Origin: an uncultured SAR86 cluster bacterium
GTDB lineage: Bacteria > Pseudomonadota > Gammaproteobacteria > Magnimaribacterales > D2472
Length of the DNA: 64,000 bases
NCBI GenBank assembly: GCA_902594515.1
Contig: CACJML010000001.1
Coordinates: 146,977-210,976, forward strand
Reading direction: 5' to 3'
The notes under the pieces are model-generated. The model did not search any database. It worked only from the letters and a program-made list of their open reading frames with translations, and was not told the origin of the DNA. Below are positions 52,134 to 62,444 of the stretch, piece after piece. Numbering within the stretch: the stretch's first letter is position 1; the number at the start of each line of letters is the position of its first letter. The position numbers and the translations under genes were made by a program.

Positions 52134-53492
52134 ATGAATAAAAATACAATAACCTGGATCGGCAAATGGACTTTTATTTTGGCAGCTGCAGGGTCCGCAG
52201 TTGGCCTAGGGAATATATGGGGCTTTCCCTATAAAGCAGGAACTAATGGCGGGGGTGCATTTGTTCTAATCTATCTTGGCTGCATTCTTATGATAGGTTT
52301 ACCCATAATGATGGCAGAAATAATTATAGGAAGGCGTGCCAGAAAAAGCCCGGTTAATGCTATGAAAAATGGAGCTATTGAATCAGGTGTTAGTCCTAAG
52401 TGGCAGATTGTTGGATGGGGTGGATTACTATCTGGGATTCTGATTCTCTCTTTTTATAGTGTTTTGGCAGGAATATGCCTAAATTATATTGGTATTTCAG
52501 CAGGTGCAAATTCAGCCATGTCATCGGTAGAAGAGTTTTCAAGAGCTACTGCATCAGCCACTAATTTACTTTTTTGGCACACAGTCTTTATTAGCTTAAA
52601 CATTTTAATCATCGCTTACGGCGTTATTTCAGGCATTGAAAGGGTAATTAACTTCATGATGCCGATTTTATTTATTTTAATTATCATTATGGTGCTGAAT
52701 GCCATGATAAATGGTGACTTTATGCGAGGCTTGAGTTTTATGTTTGCACCAGATTTTTCTCAGGTCACACCAGCTACCTTTCTTAGTGCCATGGGCCAAG
52801 CCTTTTTTAGTCTGAGTTTGGGAATGGGATCAATCATGTGTTACGGATCATATATGCCAGATGATGAAAATATATTTAAGACTTCAATGACCGTTGCAGG
52901 ATTGGATACTCTGATTGCAGTTATGGCAGGTTTGGCAATATTTCCAATTATCTTTGCTTATGGACTAGATGCGGCATCAGGACCAAATCTTGTATTTGTA
53001 AGTATGTTGTCAGCCTTTTCAGATATGCCATTTGGTAATTTATTAGGCCCCATATTTTTTATACTACTTTCAATTGCTGCACTGAGTAGTTCAATTTCAT
53101 TGTTAGAACCTAGTGTTGCCTATTTTGATGAGGAAAAAATTGTTTCAAGGCCAGTAGCTGCGATTTCACTTGGTTTAATTGCATGGTTTTTAGGTATCGG
53201 AAGCCTATTAAGCTTTAATCTCTGGTCAGAAAAAACTTTCATAGCTGGATTTGATTTTTTAGGCTCAATGGACTTTATTACGAATCAACTTTTAATGCCA
53301 TTAGGAGGGATGTTAGTGGCAATCTTTGCTGGTTGGTTCCTTAGTTCAAAAATTGTTGTTGAGGAGCTTTCAACAGGACAAGAGAAAGTATTTAATATTT
53401 GGAAGTTTTTTATAAAGTTTATTTCGCCTGTTCTGGTAGCTGCTGTTTTTATAAATCAATTAATTCCATTTTTTCAGAATCTGCTAAGTTGA
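52134..53492 (+). CDS. Sodium-dependent transporter, NSS/SNF (LeuT-like) family
   Basis: AAAGSAVGLGNIWGFPY, GGGAF, GQAFFSLSLG, AALSSSISLLE. Confidence 0.95.
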   Translation: MNKNTITWIGKWTFILAAAGSAVGLGNIWGFPYKAGTNGGGAFVLIYLGCILMIGLPIMMAEIIIGRRARKSPVNAMKNGAIESGVSPKWQIVGWGGLLSGILILSFYSVLAGICLNYIGISAGANSAMSSVEEFSRATASATNLLFWHTVFISLNILIIAYGVISGIERVINFMMPILFILIIIMVLNAMINGDFMRGLSFMFAPDFSQVTPATFLSAMGQAFFSLSLGMGSIMCYGSYMPDDENIFKTSMTVAGLDTLIAVMAGLAIFPIIFAYGLDAASGPNLVFVSMLSAFSDMPFGNLLGPIFFILLSIAALSSSISLLEPSVAYFDEEKIVSRPVAAISLGLIAWFLGIGSLLSFNLWSEKTFIAGFDFLGSMDFITNQLLMPLGGMLVAIFAGWFLSSKIVVEELSTGQEKVFNIWKFFIKFISPVLVAAVFINQLIPFFQNLLS

Positions 53493-53905
53493 TAAAAAAA
53501 ATCTTTAAAGAGGTTGAGGTTAGTCATTCTCGTAGTGAAGTATTAAATCTTATTTTTGCATATGAAAATTACTCACTTTTTATACCAGGGTGTATTTCGT
53601 CCACAAAAAAGGAAATCTCTAAATCAAAAACTCAAGGAAATTTAGTTTTTAGTTTCTTGAATAAAAATTATATTTTTCAATCATTAAATGAAGAAATTGA
53701 TGATGGTTTAAAGATGAATCAAGTTTCCGGACCGTTCAAATCTTTTAGATCCTTTTGGAGGGTTACATCAGTTAACAACAAAACTTTAATTAATTTTTCA
53801 GCTGAGTTTGAAACAAATTATGTTTTAGGATTAATTGCAACAGATAAAAGAATTAATTCCATAGCTGATAAGATTATTGCAGCATTTTTAGCAAGGCTTT
53901 CATGA
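53489..53905 (+). CDS. ratA: RatA/PasT (Coq10-like START-domain protein)
   Basis: Probable TTG start overlapping the transporter stop; YENYSLFIPGC, SGPFKSF...W; conserved position before ratB-bamE. Confidence 0.75.
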   Translation: MIKKIFKEVEVSHSRSEVLNLIFAYENYSLFIPGCISSTKKEISKSKTQGNLVFSFLNKNYIFQSLNEEIDDGLKMNQVSGPFKSFRSFWRVTSVNNKTLINFSAEFETNYVLGLIATDKRINSIADKIIAAFLARLS

Positions 53906-54183
53906 AAATTTTTCTCTCTTACATAAATCATTCAAAAACACACCTTAAGGAATTTGAAGTTGCAGAGGGATCTACTGTTCAGGATTTGCTAGAACATAAT
54001 GAAGTTAGGCATCTTGTAAAGCAACAAAATCATGATTATAAGATAGGTGTAAATGGAGAGATATTGGATGGAAAGTTCTTCCCAAAACCTGATAAATACC
54101 GATTGAACGAGGGTGAAAGGATTGAATTCTATATGCCTTTAAAAGTAGATCCAAAAGAAAATAGAAAAAAAAGGTCTCGCTAA
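53902..54183 (+). CDS. ratB: RatB/PasI (RnfH-like ubiquitin-fold protein)
   Basis: GSTVQDLL, KIGVNG, RIEFYMPLKVDPKENRKKR. Confidence 0.82.
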   Translation: MKIFLSYINHSKTHLKEFEVAEGSTVQDLLEHNEVRHLVKQQNHDYKIGVNGEILDGKFFPKPDKYRLNEGERIEFYMPLKVDPKENRKKRSR

Positions 54184-54191
54184 ATGCTTTA

Positions 54192-54515
54192 CTATGACTC
54201 CGAAAGATTCCAGCTATCGAGATTACCATTTTCACTAAAGATTAAAGTTAGTTTTTTTTCACCAAAATTTCTATCACCAATCTTTATCGAGTAATAATAA
54301 TCCCACCTCTTAGCATTTAGCGGAGAGTTTGCTAGTGGCGTGCCTAGTAAATATCTAACTTGATCTTTTGTGAGCCCAGGCTTTAGCCTTTCAATATCAT
54401 CTGCCTCAACAATATTGCCTTGCAATATTGGAACTTTGTAAGGACTCAAATTCGAGCAGTTAACTACGAAAACAGCAAAATACAAACTTAAGATTATCTT
54501 TGAAAATTGCTTCAT
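54192..54515 (-). CDS. bamE: Outer-membrane assembly lipoprotein BamE
   Basis: Lipobox VVNC, ILQGN, GLTKDQVRYLLGTP, RWDYYY; divergent from fur. Confidence 0.95.
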   Translation of the reverse strand: MKQFSKIILSLYFAVFVVNCSNLSPYKVPILQGNIVEADDIERLKPGLTKDQVRYLLGTPLANSPLNAKRWDYYYSIKIGDRNFGEKKLTLIFSENGNLDSWNLSES

Positions 54516-54561
54516 TTTTTTGTTTGTTTATACTTGAATTGAATTATTTTACTTGAGTTTG

Positions 54562-54969
54562 ATGACCAAAGAAAACAATGAACTAAAAAAGGCTGGATTA
54601 AAAGCAACCCTTCCTAGAATAAGAATTCTTGAGGTTTTAGAAGGGAGTGCTGAAAACCACTTATCCGCAGAGGATATCTATAAAAACTTAATTTCTAATG
54701 GAGAAGATGTAGGGCTTGCCACTGTATACAGAGTGCTAACACAATTTGAATCTGCTGGCATTGTAATGCGTCATAACTTTGAGAGCGGTCATTCAGTTTA
54801 TGAAATTACGCCAGATGATCATCATGATCACATGGTTTGTCTTGAAACCGGAGATGTTATTGAGTTTCATGATGAAATCATTGAGAGGCAACAAGAAAAA
54901 ATTGTTTCTGAAATGGGTTATGAAATCGTTGATCACTCAATGGTTCTTTACGTTAAACCAAAAAAATAG
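54562..54969 (+). CDS. fur: Ferric uptake regulator
   Basis: LKKAGLKATLPR, HLSAED, GLATVYRVL, HHDHMVC. Confidence 0.97.
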   Translation: MTKENNELKKAGLKATLPRIRILEVLEGSAENHLSAEDIYKNLISNGEDVGLATVYRVLTQFESAGIVMRHNFESGHSVYEITPDDHHDHMVCLETGDVIEFHDEIIERQQEKIVSEMGYEIVDHSMVLYVKPKK

Positions 54970-54982
54970 ATAACTTAAATTT

Positions 54983-55010
54983 CTTGAACTCCTTACCCTA
55001 GTCCTTATAT
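54983..55010 (+). promoter_or_regulatory. Possible sigma32 heat-shock promoter for grpE-dnaK-dnaJ
   Basis: CTTGAA-14 nt-CCTTATAT versus consensus CTTGAA-N13-17-CCCCATNT. Confidence 0.5.
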
Positions 55011-55028
55011 AGAAGATAGGGTGGAGTG

Positions 55029-55556
55029 ATGTCAAAAAAGAAAGATAAAGAAATTAAAACTGAAGATAAAACTGAAGAAGTTTGCCATGATGATGTAGCT
55101 TCGGTTGAATCAGACCATCCATCAAATCAAGCTCTCATAGCAGAATTGGAAGATAAGCTTTTGCGATCAAGGGCCGAGATTGAAAACCTTAGCCGTAGGC
55201 ATTTAGTGGATTTGGAAAAAGCTCACAAGTATGGGGTTGAAAATTTATTGTCCGAATTGTTGCCTGTTATTGATAACCTTGAGCATGCTATTAACAATTT
55301 CGGTGATGACAGTCGATCTGAAGATCGAGAAGGCATTGAATTAACCTTAAAGTCTTTTGAGTCTGCACTTGATAAATTCAACATGATACCCATAAACCCT
55401 TTAGGAGAGGAATTTAACCCGGTAATGCATGAAGCTGTAAGCATCCAGCCTGATAAAGACCTTGAGGATAATCAAATCTCAAATGTCTTACAGCGTGGGT
55501 GGCAAGTGCATGAAAGAGTTGTAAGACCTGCGAGGGTAATAGTGGTTAAAAATTAG
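55029..55556 (+). CDS. grpE: Nucleotide exchange factor GrpE
   Basis: [32 protein letters not shown]...RPARV. Confidence 0.97.
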   Translation: MSKKKDKEIKTEDKTEEVCHDDVASVESDHPSNQALIAELEDKLLRSRAEIENLSRRHLVDLEKAHKYGVENLLSELLPVIDNLEHAINNFGDDSRSEDREGIELTLKSFESALDKFNMIPINPLGEEFNPVMHEAVSIQPDKDLEDNQISNVLQRGWQVHERVVRPARVIVVKN

Positions 55557-55564
55557 GAAAAAGT

Positions 55565-57478
55565 ATGTCAAAAATTATAGGAATAGACTTAGGTACAACA
55601 AACAGCTGTTTAGCAGTAGTTGAAGGTGGAAGCCCAAAGGTTATAGAAAATAATGAAGGTGGTAGAACAACTCCTTCTGTTATTGCCTACACAGATGGAA
55701 ATGAGGTTTTGGTTGGGACACCTGCTAAAAGACAAGCTGTAACAAATCCCGAAAATACAATCTATGCAATTAAGCGTTTAATAGGAAGAAGATTTAGTGA
55801 TGATGTTGTTAAGAAAGATATCGATATGGTGCCCTATAAAATTATCGAAGCTGAAAATGGCGATGCCTGGGTTAAATCAGGTGATAAAGAGCTAGCACCC
55901 CCACAAGTCTCAGCTGAAATTTTAAAGAAATTAAAGAAGAGTGCTGAAGATTATCTTGGACATGAAGTAAAGGAGGCTGTGATTACTGTTCCAGCTTACT
56001 TTAATGATTCTCAAAGGCAGGCCACTAAAGATGCTGGAAAGATTGCTGGCTTAGACGTTAAAAGAATTATTAATGAACCTACTGCGGCGGCATTAGCATA
56101 TGGATTAGATAAGAAGAAAGGCGACTCAACCGTAGCTGTTTATGACCTTGGTGGAGGTACCTTTGATATCTCAATCATTGAAATTTCTGAAGTTGATGGT
56201 GAACATCAGTTCGAGGTTTTGTCCACAAATGGAGATACCTTCTTGGGTGGTGAGGACTTTGATCTAAAACTGATAGATTTTTTTGTTGAAGAATTCAAAA
56301 ATGAATCTGGATTTGATTTAAAAAGTGATCCATTAGCTCTGCAAAGACTTAAAGAGGCAGCTGAAAAGGCCAAGATTGAACTATCATCAAGCGAGCAAAC
56401 CGAAGTTAATTTACCTTACATTACTGCCGATGCTTCAGGGCCTAAACATTTTGTGCAAAAAATAACACGAGCTAAATTAGAAGGATTAGTTGAAGATCTT
56501 GTTGAAAAAAGCTTAAAACCTATGCAATTGGCTTTGGACGATGCAAAACTTAGCATAAATGATATAGATGAGGTGTTACTGGTCGGTGGCCAAACAAGAA
56601 TGCCTCTTGTGCAAGAGAAAGTAAAAAACTTTTTTGGAAAAGAAGCCAAGAAAGATTTAAATCCTGATGAGGCTGTTGCGCTTGGAGCAGCAATTCAAGG
56701 GTCTGTTCTTTCTGGAGACACTAAAGATGTTCTGTTATTGGATGTGACTCCATTAACCTTAGGTATTGAAACTTTAGGAGGTGTAGCGACGCCACTGATA
56801 GAGAAAAATACAACTATTCCAACACAAAAATCACAAGTTTTCTCAACTGCTGAGGATAATCAGTCTGCAGTCACTGTTCATGTTATTCAAGGTGAGAGAA
56901 AACAAGCATCAGAAAATAAATCTTTGGGGCAGTTTAATCTTGAGGATATTCCGCCTGCGCAAAGAGGCATGCCGCAAATTGAAGTTACTTTTGATTTAGA
57001 TGCAAATGGAATTCTAAATGTGTCTGCAAAGGACAAGAAAACAGGAAAAGAGCAATCCATTGTGATTAAAGCTTCCAGTGGACTTTCAGATGAAGATATA
57101 GAAAAAATGGTGAAAGATGCAGAAGCTAATGCCGAAGAAGATAAAAAATTTGAAGGTCTTGTGCAAGCAAAAAATAATGCTGACATGTTAGTTCATGCAA
57201 CAAGAAAAACTGTTGATGAGTCTGGTGATAAATTAAGTGACGATGAAAAAGAATCCATTGAAAAGGCAGTTACAGACTTAGAGAATGCCATCAAAGAGGA
57301 AAACATTGAATCCATTGAAGCTTCAACAAAATCACTAAATGAAGTTCTAACACCTTTATCTGAAAAGCTTTACCAACCAGGTGAAGATCAAGGCACGTCT
57401 GAAGAACCTAATAATTCTGATGATGAAAATACTGTAGAAGCAGAGTTTGAAGAAGTAAAAGAAGAAGATTCCAAATAA
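55565..57478 (+). CDS. dnaK: Chaperone DnaK
   Basis: [40 protein letters not shown] tail. Confidence 0.99.
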   Translation: MSKIIGIDLGTTNSCLAVVEGGSPKVIENNEGGRTTPSVIAYTDGNEVLVGTPAKRQAVTNPENTIYAIKRLIGRRFSDDVVKKDIDMVPYKIIEAENGDAWVKSGDKELAPPQVSAEILKKLKKSAEDYLGHEVKEAVITVPAYFNDSQRQATKDAGKIAGLDVKRIINEPTAAALAYGLDKKKGDSTVAVYDLGGGTFDISIIEISEVDGEHQFEVLSTNGDTFLGGEDFDLKLIDFFVEEFKNESGFDLKSDPLALQRLKEAAEKAKIELSSSEQTEVNLPYITADASGPKHFVQKITRAKLEGLVEDLVEKSLKPMQLALDDAKLSINDIDEVLLVGGQTRMPLVQEKVKNFFGKEAKKDLNPDEAVALGAAIQGSVLSGDTKDVLLLDVTPLTLGIETLGGVATPLIEKNTTIPTQKSQVFSTAEDNQSAVTVHVIQGERKQASENKSLGQFNLEDIPPAQRGMPQIEVTFDLDANGILNVSAKDKKTGKEQSIVIKASSGLSDEDIEKMVKDAEANAEEDKKFEGLVQAKNNADMLVHATRKTVDESGDKLSDDEKESIEKAVTDLENAIKEENIESIEASTKSLNEVLTPLSEKLYQPGEDQGTSEEPNNSDDENTVEAEFEEVKEEDSK

Positions 57479-57481
57479 GCC

Positions 57482-58585
57482 ATGTCAAAACGGGACTACT
57501 ACGAAGTTCTTGGGGTCTCGAGGTCTGCTTCAAAGCAGGAACTAAAGAAAGCTTTTAAAAAGCTTGCAATGAAGTATCATCCAGACCGAAATCCTGATGA
57601 TCAAGCCGCTGCTGAGAAATTCAAAGAAGCTGCAGAAGCATATGAAGTTTTATCTGACGCCGAAAAAAAAGCTGCATATGATCAGTTTGGTCATAGTGGT
57701 GTTTCTGGTATGGGTGGAGGTGCTGGTTTCCAAGACTTTGATTTCGGTGATATCTTCGGTGATATCTTTGGGGATGTTTTTGGTGGTAGGTCACGTTCTA
57801 GGAGGCGATCAAGACGAGGAGATGATCTTCAATATCAACTAGACCTTTCTCTAAAGGATGCAATTTTTGGTATAAAAAAAGAAATCGATATTCCAAGGTT
57901 ATCTGTTTGTACCACTTGCGATGGCACCGGTGCAAAACCAGGTACGCAACCTGTTACTTGCAGACAATGCAACGGAGTTGGCCAAATCAGAATGCAGCAG
58001 GGGTTTTTTTCTGTTCAACAAACATGCCCAAGCTGTAACGGTAGCGGAACTATTATCGAAGAGCATTGTCAGTCGTGTCACGGCAAAGGCTTAACTCAAT
58101 CAACTAAAAAGCTGTCTGTGACGATACCAGCCGGTGTAGATCATGGAGATAAAGTAAGACTATCTGGAGAAGGTAATGCTATTTCAGGAGGACAAAATGG
58201 CGATCTGTACGTAGTTATAAATGTGCTTCCAAATAAAATTTTTGAAAGAAATAATATGGACTTATATTTTGAAGCCCCCATTTCATTTGAAACAGCTATT
58301 CTTGGTGGCTCAATAGAGGTGCCTACATTAGAATCAAAAATTTCTCTTAAAATACCTCCATCAACGCAAACAGGAAAGATCTTTAAAGTATCTGGTAAAG
58401 GAGCTACTTCTGTTCAAAGATCAGGAAGGGGCGATCTTCTATGCAGGGTTGTTGTTGAAACTCCAATAAATTTAAGTAAGCAGCAAAAAGAATTATTGTC
58501 ACAAATCGCCTCTGAAAATAATGAATCTAACTATCCTATTCAATCATCCTTCAAAAGCGCTGCTGAAGATTTTCTAAAAGAATAA
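57482..58585 (+). CDS. dnaJ: Chaperone DnaJ
   Basis: J domain HPD, G/F region, four CxxCxGxG repeats. Confidence 0.99.
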   Translation: MSKRDYYEVLGVSRSASKQELKKAFKKLAMKYHPDRNPDDQAAAEKFKEAAEAYEVLSDAEKKAAYDQFGHSGVSGMGGGAGFQDFDFGDIFGDIFGDVFGGRSRSRRRSRRGDDLQYQLDLSLKDAIFGIKKEIDIPRLSVCTTCDGTGAKPGTQPVTCRQCNGVGQIRMQQGFFSVQQTCPSCNGSGTIIEEHCQSCHGKGLTQSTKKLSVTIPAGVDHGDKVRLSGEGNAISGGQNGDLYVVINVLPNKIFERNNMDLYFEAPISFETAILGGSIEVPTLESKISLKIPPSTQTGKIFKVSGKGATSVQRSGRGDLLCRVVVETPINLSKQQKELLSQIASENNESNYPIQSSFKSAAEDFLKE

Positions 58586-59256
58586 TGTTAATAGCTTTGA
58601 GCGGGTTCTCTGGAAAAATGGGTGAGAGCATAAGAGAATTAGCCGTTCATTCCTATGAAGTAGTTGATTTCAAATCAGCTGATCTTCAAAAAAATAAACC
58701 TGATGCCACCATCGATTTCTCTTCTCCTGATCAATCACTAAAAGTTGTTAATAGCTGTCTAGAGTTAAAAATTCCATTAGTTATAGGCACAACTGGTCTT
58801 AATTCCAATCATTTAGCTGAAATTTCTGACGCTTCAAACAAAATTCCAATTTGTCTCGATGCAAATTTTTCTCCCGGAGTTCATAAACTGATATCAAACA
58901 TACAGGCATTTCTTACAAGTGCACAGGAAAAAATTACTGGCATAACCATAAATGAAATTCATCATACTAATAAAATGGATGCCCCATCTGGAACAGCATT
59001 AATGATCCAAAAAAATATTCAAGAAAGATTCTCAGATTTAAATCTTAACTTTAATATGCATTCTGAAAGAAAAGGCGATGTTTACGGAATACATCAAGTT
59101 TCATTGCTATGCAATGAATCAATTGTTTGCACATTTGAGCACAAAGCTGAAAATAGAAGTATTTTTGCCGATGGAGCAATAAAAGCTGCAAAGCTGCTTA
59201 TAAATAAAAAACCAAATTTGTATTCAATCAAGGATTTTTTACCTGATTTGCTTTAA
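58585..59256 (+). CDS. dapB: 4-hydroxy-tetrahydrodipicolinate reductase
   Basis: GFSGKMG, IDFS, LVIGTTG, EIHHTNKMDAPSGTA, FADGA. Confidence 0.95.
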   Translation: MLIALSGFSGKMGESIRELAVHSYEVVDFKSADLQKNKPDATIDFSSPDQSLKVVNSCLELKIPLVIGTTGLNSNHLAEISDASNKIPICLDANFSPGVHKLISNIQAFLTSAQEKITGITINEIHHTNKMDAPSGTALMIQKNIQERFSDLNLNFNMHSERKGDVYGIHQVSLLCNESIVCTFEHKAENRSIFADGAIKAAKLLINKKPNLYSIKDFLPDLL

Positions 59257-59284
59257 ATAGTGCACAAATTTAATTAGAATACGA

Positions 59285-59378
59285 CCACTTTTAATCACGA
59301 AAGCGAGTTATTCCAACAAACTGGGTGCTCTTATGAGTTTTTTGTTGGTACGCTGGAGAATTTAACCCGGAGGTATAT
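59285..59378 (+). promoter_or_regulatory. rpsB (S2/t44-type) 5' leader RNA
   Basis: Stems AGCG/CGCT and CCAACAAA/TTTGTTGG, GGGTG bulge complementary to TAACCC, TGGAG element; TAGAAT -10 at 59275-59280. Confidence 0.7.
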
Positions 59379-60320
59379 ATGAGCATTGTTTCTATTCAGG
59401 ATCTGCTTAATGCAGGCGTTCATTTCGGTCATCAATCTAGGTTTTGGAATCCAAAAATGGAAGGCTTCATTTTTGATACCAGAAAAAAGATTAGCATAAT
59501 AAATTTAGAAATGACTAAAGAGTATCTTAGTACTGCAGCATCTAAGGCAGAAGAAATATGCTCTAGGGGAAATAGAATTCTATTTGTTGGTACAAAAAGA
59601 TCGGCTGCAAAGACAATTAAGGAGGAAGCATCAGCATTAGGCTTACCTTACATAGACAAACGTTGGTTGGGCGGCACCCTAACAAATTGGAAAACGATTA
59701 GGGGATCAGTAAGAAGACTGTTAGACATTGAGGAAATGATTGCTTCTGGAAGAATCAATAAGCTTTCAAAAAAAGAAGCCCTGGACATAACTAAAGAACA
59801 TGAAAAACTTTCTGCCAGTGTAGGCGGTATAAAAGACATGAAAGGGCTTCCCGATGCTCTTTTTGTTGTAGATGTAAATTATGAAAAAATTGCAGTTACA
59901 GAGGCTAAAAAGATGGGCATTCCAATTATTGCACTGGTAGACACCAACTCTAATCCTGAGGGTATTGATTACGTTATTCCAGGTAATGATGATGCGATAC
60001 GCTCAATTAAATTAATTACCAAAGTTATTGCTGATTCATGTGCAACTGGCCTGTCTAACTCTAAAGGAGGTGTTATTACTGGAGAAGAGGAAGATGTGCC
60101 TGTAGTAACTGTAAGGAAATCAAATACAACATCTGGAAAGGTTGCTAATTTAGTGTCGTCTGCAGATGCTGAGGAGCCAACACCTATAGAAGATGAGCCC
60201 AAAGAAGAAATTATTGATGAATCAGTCGATTCTGACGATGTTAAACAAGAAACTGAAACAACCGATGACCCAGAGCCAAGTGAAAACCAAGAGGAAAGTG
60301 ATCCAGAGGTAAAAGAATAA
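59379..60320 (+). CDS. rpsB: 30S ribosomal protein S2 with long acidic C-terminal tail
   Basis: AGVHFGHQ, WLGGTLTN, DTNSNP, PGNDDAIRS. Confidence 0.98.
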   Translation: MSIVSIQDLLNAGVHFGHQSRFWNPKMEGFIFDTRKKISIINLEMTKEYLSTAASKAEEICSRGNRILFVGTKRSAAKTIKEEASALGLPYIDKRWLGGTLTNWKTIRGSVRRLLDIEEMIASGRINKLSKKEALDITKEHEKLSASVGGIKDMKGLPDALFVVDVNYEKIAVTEAKKMGIPIIALVDTNSNPEGIDYVIPGNDDAIRSIKLITKVIADSCATGLSNSKGGVITGEEEDVPVVTVRKSNTTSGKVANLVSSADAEEPTPIEDEPKEEIIDESVDSDDVKQETETTDDPEPSENQEESDPEVKE

Positions 60321-61168
60321 TGACAATTTCAGCAGCCCAAGTAAAGGAATTAAGAGATATATCAGGCGTTGGTATGATGGAGTGTAAAAAAGCACTTACC
60401 GAAACTGATGGCGATGTTGAAAAAGCGCTTGATCTTTTAAGATCTAATAGTGCCTTAAAAGCTGAGAAAAAGTCCTCTAGAACTGCTGCAGACGGGCTGA
60501 TTGTTATAGCTCAAACATCTGAGTACTCTGCATTGGTTGAAATAAATTCTGAAACCGATTTCGCTGCAAAAGATTCAAAATTTTTAGAATTTTGCAATGA
60601 AGTTAAGAACCACCTCGAAGAAAATAAGGTTGAGTCAGTAGAAGCTCTTAATAAAGATTTTAATGAAAAAAGAGAGGCTTTAGTGCAAGCAATAGGAGAA
60701 AATATTCAGATTAGAAGATTAGACTTGCTAGAGAATGTTGGGTCTGTGGGTACGTACCTTCATTCCGACTCAAAGCTTGGAGCCTTAGTTTCTATTAATG
60801 TAGATAATTTTGACTTAGCAAAAGACCTAGCGATGCATGCAGCTGCCTCTAATCCTTCTTGCATTACTCATGATGATATAGATAAAGATATTTTGGAACG
60901 AGAAAAAGCTATTTATAAAAAGCAAGCTGAAGATTCAGGTAAAGATGAGAAAATCATGGAAAAGATGGTTGAAGGTAAAGTCAGAAGATTTCTTGAGGAG
61001 GTATCCTTTGTATCCCAACCATTTGTGAAAAATACTGATCAAAAAATTCAAGAACTCCTTGATGATAGTGGTGCAGCAATAGTAATGATGTCTAGGTTCA
61101 AAGTGGGTGATGGAATAGAGGTCGAAAAGAAAGATTTTGCATCAGAGGTGGCAGAACAACTTAAGTAA
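60320..61168 (+). CDS. tsf: Elongation factor Ts
   Basis: VKELRDISGVGMMECKKAL, EINSETDF, AMHAAA. Confidence 0.98.
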   Translation: MTISAAQVKELRDISGVGMMECKKALTETDGDVEKALDLLRSNSALKAEKKSSRTAADGLIVIAQTSEYSALVEINSETDFAAKDSKFLEFCNEVKNHLEENKVESVEALNKDFNEKREALVQAIGENIQIRRLDLLENVGSVGTYLHSDSKLGALVSINVDNFDLAKDLAMHAAASNPSCITHDDIDKDILEREKAIYKKQAEDSGKDEKIMEKMVEGKVRRFLEEVSFVSQPFVKNTDQKIQELLDDSGAAIVMMSRFKVGDGIEVEKKDFASEVAEQLK

Positions 61169-61885
61169 ATGTCTAAGCTTCAATACAAAAGATTGCTTGT
61201 GAAATTCAGTGGTGAAGCTGTTGCAGGGGATGATGTTCATGGCATTGATCCAAAAATTCTCGATCATATGGCAAATTCTGTTAAGGGTGTTCATGAGCTT
61301 GGCGCAGAAATTGGTATCGTCATTGGTGGCGGTAACCTTTTCAGGGGTGAAAAATTAAGCAAAGCTGGAATGGACAGAGTGGCAGGTGATCACATGGGCA
61401 TGCTTGCAACAGTAATGAATGGAATTGCTCTAAGAGATGCTTTGGAGAGAGCTGGAGTAAAAACAAGAGTTATGTCAGCTATTTCCATGTCAGGTTTGGT
61501 CGAACACTATGACAGGAGGCTTGCAATTCAGCTTCTTAGTGATGGATATGTTGTTATCTTTACTGCAGGAACAGGAAATCCATTCTTTACCACTGATACT
61601 GCTGGATGTCTTCGTGCAATTGAAACTCAATCAAGCTTGATGTTAAAGGCAACAAGGGTAGACGGAGTTTATTCTGCTGATCCAGAAACTAATAAAGATG
61701 CAGTTTTATATGACTCATTATCTTTTGATGAAGCTATTCAACAAAACCTGAAGATCATGGACGCAACTGCCCTAACTCTTGCAAGAGACCACTCATTACC
61801 AATAAAAGTTTTTGACTTCAGCAAAGAAAATGCCTTACTTGACATTGCTTGCGGTAAATCAATTGGCACATTAATATCATCATGA
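61169..61885 (+). CDS. pyrH: Uridylate kinase
   Basis: KFSGEA, GGGNLFRG, GTGNPFFTTD, VDGVYSADP. Confidence 0.98.
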   Translation: MSKLQYKRLLVKFSGEAVAGDDVHGIDPKILDHMANSVKGVHELGAEIGIVIGGGNLFRGEKLSKAGMDRVAGDHMGMLATVMNGIALRDALERAGVKTRVMSAISMSGLVEHYDRRLAIQLLSDGYVVIFTAGTGNPFFTTDTAGCLRAIETQSSLMLKATRVDGVYSADPETNKDAVLYDSLSFDEAIQQNLKIMDATALTLARDHSLPIKVFDFSKENALLDIACGKSIGTLISS

Positions 61886-62439
61886 TGGACAGCATCCTTT
61901 CAGATATTAAAACCAAAATGCAAAGATCGCTTGAAGCACTTGCATATGAATTTAATAAAATTAGAACAGGAAGAGCCAATCCAAGTATCCTTGACAGTAT
62001 AAAAGTAGATTATTACGGCAACCCAACACCTATAAATCAAACCGCTAATATCTCAGTAGAAGAGGGAAGAACACTTTCCATATCTCCATGGGATAAAAGC
62101 ATGATTGGTGAAATAGAAAAAGCAATTCTTAGATCGGATTTAGGTTTAAATCCAAATTCATCAGGCGATTTAATAAGAATTACAATGCCAGCACTAACTG
62201 AAGAAACACGACAGGACTACATCAAGCAAGCACGCAATGAAGCAGAAAACTCTCGAATCTCAATTCGCAATATAAGAAGAGATGCAAATAATTCAGCAAA
62301 AGACCTTCAAAAAGAAAATGAAATTTCTGAAGACGAACTTAAACGTATCGAAACTGAGGTTCAAAAAACGACAGATCATTTTATAGGATTGATTGAAGAA
62401 GAATTGAAGAATAAAGAGGCTGATCTAGCCGAGATCTAA
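61882..62439 (+). CDS. frr: Ribosome recycling factor
   Basis: IRTGRANPSILD, YYGNPTP, LTEETR, IRNIRRD. Confidence 0.98.
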   Translation: MMDSILSDIKTKMQRSLEALAYEFNKIRTGRANPSILDSIKVDYYGNPTPINQTANISVEEGRTLSISPWDKSMIGEIEKAILRSDLGLNPNSSGDLIRITMPALTEETRQDYIKQARNEAENSRISIRNIRRDANNSAKDLQKENEISEDELKRIETEVQKTTDHFIGLIEEELKNKEADLAEI

Positions 62440-62444
62440 CTACT

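Noticed and set aside
53489-54183. ratA-ratB as a toxin-antitoxin defence module
   Set aside because: Core syntenic locus; RatA/PasT is better explained as a Coq10-like respiratory protein.
55011-55028. grpE leader (ATAGGGTGGAG) as a target of the candidate sRNA loop
   Set aside because: Only ~9 pairs with a central mismatch; any G-rich SD would match similarly.
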